Source: Verrucomicrobiia bacterium (GTDB lineage Bacteria; Patescibacteriota; Saccharimonadia; Saccharimonadales; JAGQNK01). Taken from it: a DNA stretch of 64,000 nt. Below the pieces are notes generated by a model, which saw only the letters and a list, made by a program, of their open reading frames with translations, was not told the DNA's origin and did no database searches. Below, piece after piece: positions 53,200 to 62,546 of this stretch (positions are counted from its first letter, which is position 1; each line of letters opens with the position of its first letter). Made by a program: the position numbers and the translations under genes. Location: positions 6,612 through 70,611 of the forward strand of contig DATHJY010000005.1 of NCBI GenBank assembly GCA_035489575.1. The letters run 5' to 3'.

Positions 53200-54399
53200 C
53201 TAAGACCCTTCCTTTTCGACCTTCACCTGGATGCGCGGACCCACCACGTAGGGTGTTGACTCTTCGTTGACCACCTTAAAGGTTTTGGCGCCATCCCACC
53301 ACTCGCAGACCTCGACACCATCGGCATGCACTGCGGCTACGTTGACGTAGTAGGTACCGTCAGTAAAGAGGTTAGGTATTTTCCAGTCGAGGGTTACGGT
53401 CTGACCTTTTTTGATTGTACCCAGCTTTTGTCGTTTTATCTTGGTGTTGGTACCTAAGATGGTCGTACCTGCTGAGTTCGTTACCGAGAAACCAAAGATA
53501 GGATCTTCTATGTCCTGGTTGGCCCGCGCTACCGCCTGCACCTCTAGGTGTTTTTGATCACTCAGAACCGTTTCTGCGATTTTTACTTTTTGGTAGGTGA
53601 TAGCTTTGTCGCCCCACTTCGTGTCGCTGCTATCTGAGTCACTGGCGTGCAGCTCCTCGGTGAACATACGCGTATAGGCAGATGCCACCTTTTCAGAAAC
53701 ACCCTGGGTGATCATCTTGCTCTGTTCTATTAAAATAGCGCGGTCACAATATTCCCGTACTGCATTCATATCGTGGCTGACAAAGATAACTGTCTTCTTC
53801 TGCTTCTTGAGGTCGCGGAAATAGTTAAAGCATTTACGTTGGAAGTTGGCGTCGCCCACTGCCAAAACTTCGTCGATCAGCAAAATATCTGACTCTGCCA
53901 GGCGAGTCGCAACAGAGAATGCCAGTCGCACCTGCATGCCCGACGAATAGTTTTTGAGTTTTTGATCCATAAAACGTTCTAGTTCGGCAAAAGCCACAAT
54001 ATCGTCGTAGCGTGCTTCTACTTCTTTTTGGCTAAAGCCCAACAGCGCACCATTCAGAAACAAGTTTTCGCGGCCGGTCAGCTCACCATTAAAACCAACG
54101 CCCAGCTCGATAAAGGGCACTACACGGCCGTTCACCTGGACATCACCCTTGGTAGGCTGATAAATACCAGCTAGGATTTTCAGCAACGTACTCTTGCCGC
54201 TGCCGTTGCGGCCCACGATACCAAAGAATTCACCCTGTTTAATCTCGAAGCTAATATCCCGTAGGGCGTGCTGCGTCTCATATGTATGATTACCGAGCGA
54301 GAAGACATTAGTAAACATAGACTTGATAGAACCAGCCTTTTGGTGTGGCAACTTGAAGTTCTTGTGGACGCCGGTGACTTTGATTGCTGTGTCGTTCAT
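53200..54399 (-). CDS. wzt: polysaccharide ABC exporter ATP-binding protein with a C-terminal carbohydrate-binding extension (Wzt/TagH type)
   Basis: Walker A GIVGRNGSGKST, signature YSSGMQVRL, Walker B ILLIDEVLAVGD. An about 150-aa beta-rich C-terminal extension follows the NBD. Confidence 0.85.
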   Translation of the reverse strand: MNDTAIKVTGVHKNFKLPHQKAGSIKSMFTNVFSLGNHTYETQHALRDISFEIKQGEFFGIVGRNGSGKSTLLKILAGIYQPTKGDVQVNGRVVPFIELGVGFNGELTGRENLFLNGALLGFSQKEVEARYDDIVAFAELERFMDQKLKNYSSGMQVRLAFSVATRLAESDILLIDEVLAVGDANFQRKCFNYFRDLKKQKKTVIFVSHDMNAVREYCDRAILIEQSKMITQGVSEKVASAYTRMFTEELHASDSDSSDTKWGDKAITYQKVKIAETVLSDQKHLEVQAVARANQDIEDPIFGFSVTNSAGTTILGTNTKIKRQKLGTIKKGQTVTLDWKIPNLFTDGTYYVNVAAVHADGVEVCEWWDGAKTFKVVNEESTPYVVGPRIQVKVEKEGS

Positions 54400-54401
54400 G
54401 T

Positions 54402-55208
54402 CTAAATTTCCTCCGCGAAGAAGCGTGACTGTTTACGGAAGTATAGTCCGGCTATGACAGCCACCGCTATGGTGATAGACACCGGCACTATCCGGATCCA
54501 TTCATTGCCATAGACGGTACCAATAGTGGTAGTTTTGTCAGAGATCAGCAAATAACGCATGTCCTGCATAGTCTGTGCTAGGGGACTTATCATCAGCATC
54601 TTTTGCACCCACAGTGGTGCCAAGGTAATAGGGAAGAATATGGGCGTGCCGTAAAACAGGGCCTGCATAACCACATCCCATATATACCCAATGTCGCGAA
54701 GCTTGACATATGTAGCGCTCAGGAAGAACCCAAGGCCCAGGCTGAGGACAAACAGCTCGAAAAATACCAGCGGGGCCAACAGGGCTGACCATGACAGATC
54801 AATCCCGGTAAATGCCACAAAGATGGCAACCACAATAAGGTTCAGAAAGAAGTTAATAAGAGCCGAACAGGAGGTGGCCAGGACAATAACGTACTTTGGG
54901 AAGTTGAGCTTGCGCAGCAGGTCGCCCTTGCCCACGATAGCGCCCACGCTCCCACCAGTCAGCTCAGTAAAGAAAGACCACACCACCAACCCAAACAACA
55001 GATAAGCACCCGAGTTACGAACACCAAAGTCCACCGACAGGATTTTGACAAAAATCACGTACATGATGGCAAACAGAAACAGTGGCTTCAGAAGCGACCA
55101 CAGATACCCCAAGAAGGAGTTTTGGTAGCGAAGCTTGAAGTCGCTCTTTACGAGCTGCTTCAGGAGTATCACCGAATATCGGTATCGGCCTTTTGTACGT
55201 TGTATCAC
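54402..55208 (-). CDS. wzm: polysaccharide ABC exporter permease (ABC-2, Wzm/TagG type)
   Basis: 268 aa, 6 TM helices. N-terminus LLKQLVKSDFKLRYQNSFLGYLWSLLKP is typical of the ABC-2 family. Confidence 0.85.
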   Translation of the reverse strand: MIQRTKGRYRYSVILLKQLVKSDFKLRYQNSFLGYLWSLLKPLFLFAIMYVIFVKILSVDFGVRNSGAYLLFGLVVWSFFTELTGGSVGAIVGKGDLLRKLNFPKYVIVLATSCSALINFFLNLIVVAIFVAFTGIDLSWSALLAPLVFFELFVLSLGLGFFLSATYVKLRDIGYIWDVVMQALFYGTPIFFPITLAPLWVQKMLMISPLAQTMQDMRYLLISDKTTTIGTVYGNEWIRIVPVSITIAVAVIAGLYFRKQSRFFAEEI

Positions 55209-55293
55209 TTCTCACACATTCTACCTCTTTGAGATAGGCCGAGCAAGAAACGTCCGCCCAGATGTGCTAGGCTAAATGACAGAATCCTATCTT

Positions 55294-56394
55294 ATGAAAA
55301 TCATTATTAATGCCTATCAGTACTCTCCGTCCATCACCGGCACCGACCGGATGGCCTCTAACTTCTTGCGAGAGCTGCAAAAAATCGACACCACCAACAC
55401 CTACTACATCGTCTGCTCGTCAGAGCAATACATCCAGCCCATCATAACCGCTTCCAACTTTACGGTACTGCAACCCAAGCACTTCTTGCCCGGTAGCTTC
55501 ACCAAAAGGGTTGTTAACAAACTCTGGCGGACGCTGCTGCCATGGTATCTGTCACGCTTCAAGGCAGATGTGTACTTTTCCTTCCATAACATGCGTTTGC
55601 CACACCGACGAGTAGCTACCCAGATGATCGCCAGCAACCTGGATCTCATCCCGCTGAAGTTTGACGAATATAAAAACCTCAGCCCTGGACAAGTGGAAGA
55701 GATCAAGCAAACCGCCCAAACCGCTGACGCCTTTATGTCTATATCTGAATACTCCAAGCAAGAGCTGTGCAGCACACTTGCCGTCGACCCTAAAAAAGTA
55801 CATGTCATTCACCTGGCCGCCGACCCACTGTTCGACGGCAAGCCGCATCCGGCCTCGTTCGACCTACCCCCTTCTTTTATATTCACCATAGGTGGTAGCG
55901 AGCCACGCAAAAATGTCGACACCATTGCCAAAGCTTTCGCCCAGCTGCCCCCAGCCTTGCAAAAATCCTACCCACTCCTGATTGTCGGCGGTAGTTGGCA
56001 CGACCGCCCACTCGACCCACTACGCCTTTCCCCTCATATACAAACACTCGGGTATGTCAGCGATACCGACCTAGCCAGCCTGTACGCCCACACCACTGCC
56101 TTTATCTTTGCCTCTCAGTACGAGGGCTTTGGTTTTACCCTGCTAGAGGCCATGGCTTATGGCGCTCCGGTGCTTTCTGCCACCGGTTCGTCGCTAGACG
56201 AGGTTGCCGGTACCGCCACACTCAGCTTTGAGCCCAATGACGCCGACTCCTTAGCCACATTCCTGCAAGATGTTCTGACCAAACCGGCCATACGCAAAAA
56301 CCTACAAGCCGCAAGCCGCAAGCAAGCTCAAGAATTTTCCTGGGCCAAATCAGCCAAACAACTTCATTCATTGTTGACGGGCATGATAGGCTAG
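55294..56394 (+). CDS. glycosyltransferase family 4
   Basis: EGFGFTLLEAMAYGAPVLSA motif. Start ATG 55294 (MKIIINAY) is preferred over 55276. Confidence 0.8.
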   Translation: MKIIINAYQYSPSITGTDRMASNFLRELQKIDTTNTYYIVCSSEQYIQPIITASNFTVLQPKHFLPGSFTKRVVNKLWRTLLPWYLSRFKADVYFSFHNMRLPHRRVATQMIASNLDLIPLKFDEYKNLSPGQVEEIKQTAQTADAFMSISEYSKQELCSTLAVDPKKVHVIHLAADPLFDGKPHPASFDLPPSFIFTIGGSEPRKNVDTIAKAFAQLPPALQKSYPLLIVGGSWHDRPLDPLRLSPHIQTLGYVSDTDLASLYAHTTAFIFASQYEGFGFTLLEAMAYGAPVLSATGSSLDEVAGTATLSFEPNDADSLATFLQDVLTKPAIRKNLQAASRKQAQEFSWAKSAKQLHSLLTGMIG

Positions 56395-56398
56395 AGCC

Positions 56399-57331
56399 AT
56401 GTTGAAAATACTCGTAACTGGCGTTGGTGGGTTTGTGGGCAAACATTTGGTGCGTGAATTGCACGGACGCGGGCACACCGTTTTGGGTCTCGGCAACGCC
56501 CAGGCTGCCCACCCCGAAGTTGCTGACTTGCTCGAGTCTTATTTGGCTTGCGACTTGAGCGACAAGACCCAGGTTGACGCCCTGCCGTTCGAAGGCGTAG
56601 ACGCTGTTATCAACTTGGCTGGCCTTGCCCGCCAAGGCGATTCATTTAAAGATGCCGAGCACTACAAAAAGGTGAATGTTGCTGTTCTGGAGCTACTGGG
56701 CAATCGACTTATCAAGCTGGGCACCAAGCCGCGGCTGATCGCCGTCAGCACTGGCGCTGTCTATGTCAGCCAGCAGCCTATGCCACTTACCGAAGCCAGC
56801 AAGACCGACATGGCTGGTTCTCCCTATGCCGAGAGCAAGTTGCTCATGGAGACGGCCGCCGTTGCCTTGCGCAAAAAAGGTCTGCCCGTTGTAGTCGTCC
56901 GGCCATTCAATCATATCGGACCGGGCCAGGCCGAGGGCTTCCTCGTACCGGACTTGTACGCCAAGCTCAAGGTTTTTGCCGACACAGGGCAAACGGTCAT
57001 GGTCGGCAACCTAAAGACCAAGCGAGACTACACTGACGTGCGTGATATCGCGCGGGCCTACGCCGACCTCGCCGTGTCCGAAACGCTAGAATATGACACC
57101 TATAATATCTGTAGCGGCGAGAGCCACACGGGCCTTGATATCCTCAACCTCCTCTCGAAAGAGCTGGACCTAGAGGGAAAGGTCGTTACAGAAGTAGATT
57201 CAAGCCTCACACGCCACAACGATCCGGCTGAGCTGGTCGGCAGTAACCAACGCCTCCAAGAAGAAACAGGCTGGTCTCCAACTATTCCACTCGAACAAAC
57301 CATTGCTGATTTCGTGGCCTCCAAGAGGTAA
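56399..57331 (+). CDS. rmd: GDP-4-keto-6-deoxy-D-mannose reductase-like SDR (Rmd-like)
   Basis: ILVTGVGGFVGKHL, and VVRPFNHIGPGQ, which is nearly identical to the Rmd block ARPFNHIGPGQ as I recall it. The gmd gene lies nearby. Confidence 0.7.
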   Translation: MLKILVTGVGGFVGKHLVRELHGRGHTVLGLGNAQAAHPEVADLLESYLACDLSDKTQVDALPFEGVDAVINLAGLARQGDSFKDAEHYKKVNVAVLELLGNRLIKLGTKPRLIAVSTGAVYVSQQPMPLTEASKTDMAGSPYAESKLLMETAAVALRKKGLPVVVVRPFNHIGPGQAEGFLVPDLYAKLKVFADTGQTVMVGNLKTKRDYTDVRDIARAYADLAVSETLEYDTYNICSGESHTGLDILNLLSKELDLEGKVVTEVDSSLTRHNDPAELVGSNQRLQEETGWSPTIPLEQTIADFVASKR

Positions 57332-57334
57332 GAG

Positions 57335-59119
57335 TTACTCTGAAAATGCCGCTGACTGTTGCTCATAAAGTGTGGCATATTCACCCTTGTCGCGTATCAG
57401 TTTTGCGTGGCCTCCCTCTTCCAGGACCCTTCCATCAGCCATAACAACAATGTGATCTGCCTTCTTGATGTTAGAGAATTTATGCGAAATGATGATCTGT
57501 GCCTGGGAATTACTGCGCTCAAAGATAGCGTCAAATATTTCTTGCTCCGTTTTACTATCCACCGCAGAAGTGGGTTCATCCAGAATCAATAGCGACGCTT
57601 GACGGTAAAAACTGCGGGCAATGCTGAGCTTCTGCCACTGTCCGCCAGAAAGATTCACGCCGCCAGGAAAGTATTTGCCCAGAACATTCTCATCTTTCTT
57701 GGGCAGCCTCTCGATATCTTTGGCGATTCTTGCTTCTTTTATACTCTGCCTGTAGCGCTTTTCGTCAAATCGGCGAGTTTGGTCACCGATGATCACATTG
57801 TCTTTGGCCGATAAGTAAAACCTCGGCACGTCCTGCGATAAGTTACTTATGGTGCTTCGCCACACCGTATCGTCAATTGTTCCTAGGTCTACGCCGTTTA
57901 CCAAGATTACACCTTTGGTCGGCTGATAAAACTTGTTAGTCAGCCGTGTTATAGTCGTTTTGCCAGCTCCGTTGTGGCCGACGATAGCCAACTTTTCCCC
58001 TTGTTTTACCGTAAAACTGACGTCTGTTAATACTTGGCGATCAGACTCAGGGTAGGTGAAAGAAACATTTCTAAATTCTAGCTCTATACTACTCAGATCA
58101 ATAGTGGCCTCTTCAACCGGCTGATGCTCCGACATATCAAACAACGCAAAGAGATCTTTGACATAAATATTATTTTCACTGATCTGAAGATACGACATAT
58201 ACAGTCTATAACTATTGTTGTAAGCCTCGTCGATCAGTCGATAGTACAGCTGAAACTGACCAACACTTATACGGCCGTTCAATGTTGACCACACATAGTA
58301 GCCCTTTGGCAGAAACTGACCCAAGAGATTTGCAACCGTACCGATAGCGATCGCGCGAGGCTTATGATAACGCTGAATCCCCCGATTGCCACTGATAATA
58401 GTTTCCTGCGCCTTCTTGATCCTGTTCAGAAAAAAAGGAAATAGATTATAAGATTTTAGATTAAAGTACTGCGCTATATCCTGGGTAACAGAGATATAGT
58501 AACTACCTCGACGACGTTCAAGCGCCAACTCTTTATTGAGCTCCCGCATCTTGCGAATAATTTTTAGGTTATAGCGTACTTCCGGTATTGAAACAACTAT
58601 GATAATCAGTGCAACGTAGGGACTGCTCAGTAACAACGCGCCCAACGCGTACATAAAAAGCGACAAATACTGAACTAACAGGCCCACCAGGTTAAGATTC
58701 TCCACGAACTTTACCTTTCCAAAGGTATGAATGTTAGTCATGTAGTTCTGAAAATCACTGCTCTCAATAGTTTCCGTTGGCAAGCGATCAAGCTTGGTAA
58801 TTATCATGTTATCGGTGTAGTCCAGCACTCGAGGCTTATGTATATCATTCAAGTAATCCAAGAACTGGTTGCAAAGGTTTGCAGCAATCCACCGCACTAC
58901 TAAAGCGCCAAACCACCACCATGCTTCATTAACAATAGCCGGTGACCGTGAGCTTGTGTAGGCTATAAAAAGATCAATCAGCCGGGCCAGAATTAACAGC
59001 GCACTCAAATCTATGGCTGCATAGACAATGTTGGCCGCCACAAGTGCGATGACATAGAATCTACTAGCCTCATACGCCAACCGAAAATTTCTGAGCAACA
59101 AACTAAACATCTTTATCAA
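57335..59119 (-). CDS. ABC exporter, fused permease-ATPase (MsbA-like)
   Basis: 6-TM N-terminal domain. Walker A AIVGHNGAGKTT, signature LSGGQWQKL, Walker B LLILDEPTSAVD. Confidence 0.85.
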   Translation of the reverse strand: MIKMFSLLLRNFRLAYEASRFYVIALVAANIVYAAIDLSALLILARLIDLFIAYTSSRSPAIVNEAWWWFGALVVRWIAANLCNQFLDYLNDIHKPRVLDYTDNMIITKLDRLPTETIESSDFQNYMTNIHTFGKVKFVENLNLVGLLVQYLSLFMYALGALLLSSPYVALIIIVVSIPEVRYNLKIIRKMRELNKELALERRRGSYYISVTQDIAQYFNLKSYNLFPFFLNRIKKAQETIISGNRGIQRYHKPRAIAIGTVANLLGQFLPKGYYVWSTLNGRISVGQFQLYYRLIDEAYNNSYRLYMSYLQISENNIYVKDLFALFDMSEHQPVEEATIDLSSIELEFRNVSFTYPESDRQVLTDVSFTVKQGEKLAIVGHNGAGKTTITRLTNKFYQPTKGVILVNGVDLGTIDDTVWRSTISNLSQDVPRFYLSAKDNVIIGDQTRRFDEKRYRQSIKEARIAKDIERLPKKDENVLGKYFPGGVNLSGGQWQKLSIARSFYRQASLLILDEPTSAVDSKTEQEIFDAIFERSNSQAQIIISHKFSNIKKADHIVVMADGRVLEEGGHAKLIRDKGEYATLYEQQSAAFSE

Positions 59120-59182
59120 AGTATAATCCAGTGAAGTCGGGGCGTCACGCGAAGCATGGTGCCCATAGATGGATTAACCTCC

Positions 59183-59575
59183 CTAGATCAATAGTAAGCC
59201 AGCCGGTAGCTGAGGCCTCAGAACTTCAAAATCTTTATCAAGCGTCAGCAGGGGCATATGTAGTTGCTTGGCGAGCGCCGCTATCCATAAATCATTAAAC
59301 GACAATACCTTGCCGTTCTTCCGGGCATACATATATAGCTCTGCGTAAACCTTGGTGGTATCCAGGGTAACGTCAGTCAGCCTAACTCCTTCTGTTGCCA
59401 AGAATCTCTGGAGAACGGCTTCATTCTCGTCAGGCCTGGCACCATTCGCAAATCCATAGCGTAGTTCACCAATGACAATCACGGGCACAATAATAACGTC
59501 AGCCCCCGAAAAAGTGTTTTGGACGTCACTATTTCCTTGCTGAAGCGCACTATAGGCACTCGTATCAATGATCAC
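59183..59575 (-). CDS. vapC: PIN-domain toxin (VapC-like)
   Basis: MIIDTSAYSAL N-terminal motif. LLTLDKDF C-terminal motif. Overlaps the antitoxin gene. Confidence 0.8.
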   Translation of the reverse strand: MIIDTSAYSALQQGNSDVQNTFSGADVIIVPVIVIGELRYGFANGARPDENEAVLQRFLATEGVRLTDVTLDTTKVYAELYMYARKNGKVLSFNDLWIAALAKQLHMPLLTLDKDFEVLRPQLPAGLLLI

Positions 59576-59834
59576 TTTTTATCTCGCGGGCCATAATATT
59601 TTTCTGGTCCCTATCCGCACTATCAATAGCTTTTAGGGTAGCATCGTCCATGCTATTGCTCCCAATGAACCAATCAAGCGAATCAACTATACTTTTTTTG
59701 CCCACCCCTGCGTTTGCAGATAGTTCCGCAATTACTACCTCATTGAGACTCTTGCCACTCAACCGTGCCCGTTTGCGCAAGTAGCTGTCAACTTGAGGTG
59801 GTATGTTACGAATGGTATACTGTTTTACTGACAT
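59565..59834 (-). CDS. ribbon-helix-helix antitoxin (VapB/FitA-like)
   Basis: MSVKQYTIRNIPPQVDSYLRKRARLSGKSLNEVVIAEL is an RHH pattern. Start moved to ATG 59834 because the longer track ORF would overlap the promoter. Confidence 0.7.
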   Translation of the reverse strand: MSVKQYTIRNIPPQVDSYLRKRARLSGKSLNEVVIAELSANAGVGKKSIVDSLDWFIGSNSMDDATLKAIDSADRDQKNIMAREIKSDH

Positions 59835-59840
59835 GCATGC

Positions 59841-59870
59841 ATGGTAGCATGTCTGCATGCACTCTGTCAA
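59841..59870 (-). promoter_or_regulatory. sigma70-like promoter with GCATGC palindromes, leaderless antitoxin transcript
   Basis: Minus strand reads TTGACA (59870-59865), 18 nt, TACCAT (59846-59841), 6 nt, ATG 59834. TGCATGCA-type palindromes lie in and after the spacer. Confidence 0.55.
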
Positions 59871-59884
59871 TATGCAGGCACGCT

Positions 59885-60922
59885 CTAGCCTTTGTTTTCT
59901 TGTTCTAGATCATGAGCAACCATCAGCTTGACCAGGCCAGGGAAGTCTACTTTGCGCTTCCAGCCCAGCTTGGTCTCTGCCTTGGTGGGATCACCCAACA
60001 ACAGGTCTACCTCTGATGGTCGAAAAAAATCAGCGTTGATCTTGATCAATATCTGGCCCGAAGCATCCACGCCCTTCTCATCCACTCCGCTGCCTTCCCA
60101 CTTCAGATCGACACCAATCTCTTTGAAAGCTAGTTCACAAAACTCACGGATAGAGTGAGTTTCGCCCGTAGCTAGCACATAATCATCTGGTTCGTCCTGC
60201 TGCAACATGCGCCACATACCCTCAACATAGTCGCCAGCATAGCCCCAGTCGCGCTTCGCGTCCAGGTTACCCAGTTCTATATTTTCTTGTTTGCCCAGTT
60301 TAATCCGCGCGACTGCCTTGCTGATCTTGCGAGTCACAAATTCAGGGCCACGACGGTCGCCCTCATGGTTAAACAAAATACCGCTGGTGGCATGCATGCC
60401 GTAACTTTCGCGGTAGTTGCGGGTAATCCAGTGTCCGTATAATTTTGCCACGCCGTAAGGGCTGCGTGGGTGAAAGCTGGCTTCTTCGGTATAGCCATTA
60501 TCGGGTCGGTTATAGTCCAGGCCACCAAACATTTCTGAGGTCGAGGCTTGGTAGAATCGTGCCTTTTTCTCTAGGCCCGCAAGGCGAATAGCCTCCAACA
60601 TATTTAGGACACCCTTGCCGGTTACGTCAGCCGTCAAAATAGGGTCGCGAAACGAATAACCCACGTGGCTAATGGCCGCCAGGTTATACACTTCGTCGGG
60701 TTGAATCTCTTGCATGGCCCGTGTCAGCGCAGCCAGATCAAGGAGGTCTGCCATGACCAGTTGTACATACGGCATTTCGGCTTTAACAGCCTGGTACCTA
60801 GGATGGCTTGCCTCTAGCTGACCCCGTATAACCCCGTAGACTTCGTACCCTTTGTCGTTCAGCAGGGCAGCGAGGTGCCCACCATCTTGTCCGGCGATAC
60901 CTGTTATAAGTGCTTTTTTCAT
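59885..60922 (-). CDS. gmd: GDP-mannose 4,6-dehydratase
   Basis: ALITGIAGQDGGHLAALL N-terminus. 345 aa with family-typical blocks (YGVAKLYGHWITRNYRESYG, LFNHEGDRRG). Confidence 0.9.
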   Translation of the reverse strand: MKKALITGIAGQDGGHLAALLNDKGYEVYGVIRGQLEASHPRYQAVKAEMPYVQLVMADLLDLAALTRAMQEIQPDEVYNLAAISHVGYSFRDPILTADVTGKGVLNMLEAIRLAGLEKKARFYQASTSEMFGGLDYNRPDNGYTEEASFHPRSPYGVAKLYGHWITRNYRESYGMHATSGILFNHEGDRRGPEFVTRKISKAVARIKLGKQENIELGNLDAKRDWGYAGDYVEGMWRMLQQDEPDDYVLATGETHSIREFCELAFKEIGVDLKWEGSGVDEKGVDASGQILIKINADFFRPSEVDLLLGDPTKAETKLGWKRKVDFPGLVKLMVAHDLEQENKG

Positions 60923-61128
60923 CCGTTACTTACTCCTATCACAATTCCTGCGGCACGCATTAGTTCTTTTTGGTGTGCAAGGTCAATAGACTCAGGCCGA
61001 GCATCTACTCGTAGTTCGGAAAAGTGAGTAGTCTCGGGTGCTTGAGGTTCCCCGGCAGTATCCTCGGCTGTAAAAAATGACGCGTGTTCGAGTTGATCCA
61101 TTGGGCCTTGTGTTTCTGGGTTTGGCAT
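60919..61128 (-). CDS. small acidic hypothetical protein (69 aa)
   Basis: Strong SD AAGGAG 5 nt before ATG 61128. Stop overlaps the gmd start (ATGA). Confidence 0.55.
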   Translation of the reverse strand: MPNPETQGPMDQLEHASFFTAEDTAGEPQAPETTHFSELRVDARPESIDLAHQKELMRAAGIVIGVSNG

Positions 61129-61171
61129 AGCCTAGCTCCTTTTCTGCCTCTTAGGGTTTTGTTAGAGTATA

Positions 61172-62515
61172 TCACTTGCCCCTGGCGCGTTTGTTGTGAC
61201 TATTACGGACCACACTACCTGTTAATCCAGCCAACCCCCACCAGGTGTAGGCCACAGCCTCGTTAGACCAAATATGTACCAAAAAGTTAGTGAGTGCCAG
61301 GCCCAAAAAACTGGCCAGCAGTGCCTGTACTACGGGGTTTCCGACATGCAGTCGCCACAGTCGCCAGGCCACCAGAGCCAGGATAGCCACAAACAGCAAC
61401 AGTCCCGCCACCCCTACTTCGGTGGCAATCTGCAGGTAGTAGTTTTCGTTCAATATAGTCCCCTGAATATTATTGCGGACAGACGTAAGTCCAGCCGTTC
61501 CTGGCCCCTTACCCAACGGATGGTCAGCAATGTCTTGGATTGATTCCTTAAAGAAGCGAACCCGCAATTCGTTAGGGTCTTCCAGCACCGTACTTTGGTC
61601 CGAGTGCAGGATGACGTTCTGTACAAAGTAACTGTTTCGGAACACTACCAGACTAGCCATCATAAGCACCACTACTGCCACCGCATATATCACAATCACG
61701 GCACGGTGACGCTGCAGCCGCTCCTTAAAACCGTGGTCGGACAGAGCAATAAAGCCCATAAGCGCCAGAGCCAGTCCCAGCCATGCACTCCGCGAGAACG
61801 TAAACCACGTACAGACAACAGTAGCCGCAAGCAGACCGGCATAGCGAAGTTTGTACCTAGATTTTTTTGCCAGGAACAAAGCCGTGGCGGCCAGGGGAGC
61901 AATAATAATAAGGTATGAACCGAGCGAATTAGGATCCCGCAGAGTCGACATGACTCGCTCTAGGTCCGGTTTTTCGTCTATCAAGAACACAGGTAGCACG
62001 CCATTTTTGCGCTCGTACCCTAGGTGTTTGAGGCTGTCATTTGGCAAGGCCACGTACTGGATTATGCCAAAGGCAACAACAACCGCCCCCGCCACTAACA
62101 CAATTTGCACTGACCGCCGCAGAACATGCTTTGGGTCAAAAAGTCGCGTCAGCAACCCAGCATACAGAAAGAACATCAGAAAGCGCAAATTATAGACGAC
62201 CCCTAATATCTCGGCGTCTAGGTCGGTTGGCTTGACCAGAGCCATACCAACAGTCAGGAGTACATAGGCCAGAACCAGCCACACCAATTTATCTTTCAGC
62301 AGACGGCCAAACCACGGCTGGCGCCAGCTGCAGCACACTGCCGCCCCAAACCCCGCCACCACTACTATGTCTTTGGTAATCCGGGCAGCCTCGAGCAGCC
62401 CAAAACTTGTGCCCAGCCAAGTGCTCAAGAAGACATGCAGCGGCATGTAGGCCAGCAATCCATAAAATATCCAGAGTGCTGTGCGACCGAGCGAAGGTTT
62501 GGTGTTTTGTCTCAT
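61172..62515 (-). CDS. O-antigen ligase/polymerase family membrane protein (Wzy_C-type)
   Basis: 447 aa, about 11 TM helices. Periplasmic-loop block FTFSRSAWLGLALALMG is typical of the family. Confidence 0.75.
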   Translation of the reverse strand: MRQNTKPSLGRTALWIFYGLLAYMPLHVFLSTWLGTSFGLLEAARITKDIVVVAGFGAAVCCSWRQPWFGRLLKDKLVWLVLAYVLLTVGMALVKPTDLDAEILGVVYNLRFLMFFLYAGLLTRLFDPKHVLRRSVQIVLVAGAVVVAFGIIQYVALPNDSLKHLGYERKNGVLPVFLIDEKPDLERVMSTLRDPNSLGSYLIIIAPLAATALFLAKKSRYKLRYAGLLAATVVCTWFTFSRSAWLGLALALMGFIALSDHGFKERLQRHRAVIVIYAVAVVVLMMASLVVFRNSYFVQNVILHSDQSTVLEDPNELRVRFFKESIQDIADHPLGKGPGTAGLTSVRNNIQGTILNENYYLQIATEVGVAGLLLFVAILALVAWRLWRLHVGNPVVQALLASFLGLALTNFLVHIWSNEAVAYTWWGLAGLTGSVVRNSHNKRARGK

Positions 62516-62546
62516 ATTTATAGCCCCTATTGTAAACTAGTGACAT

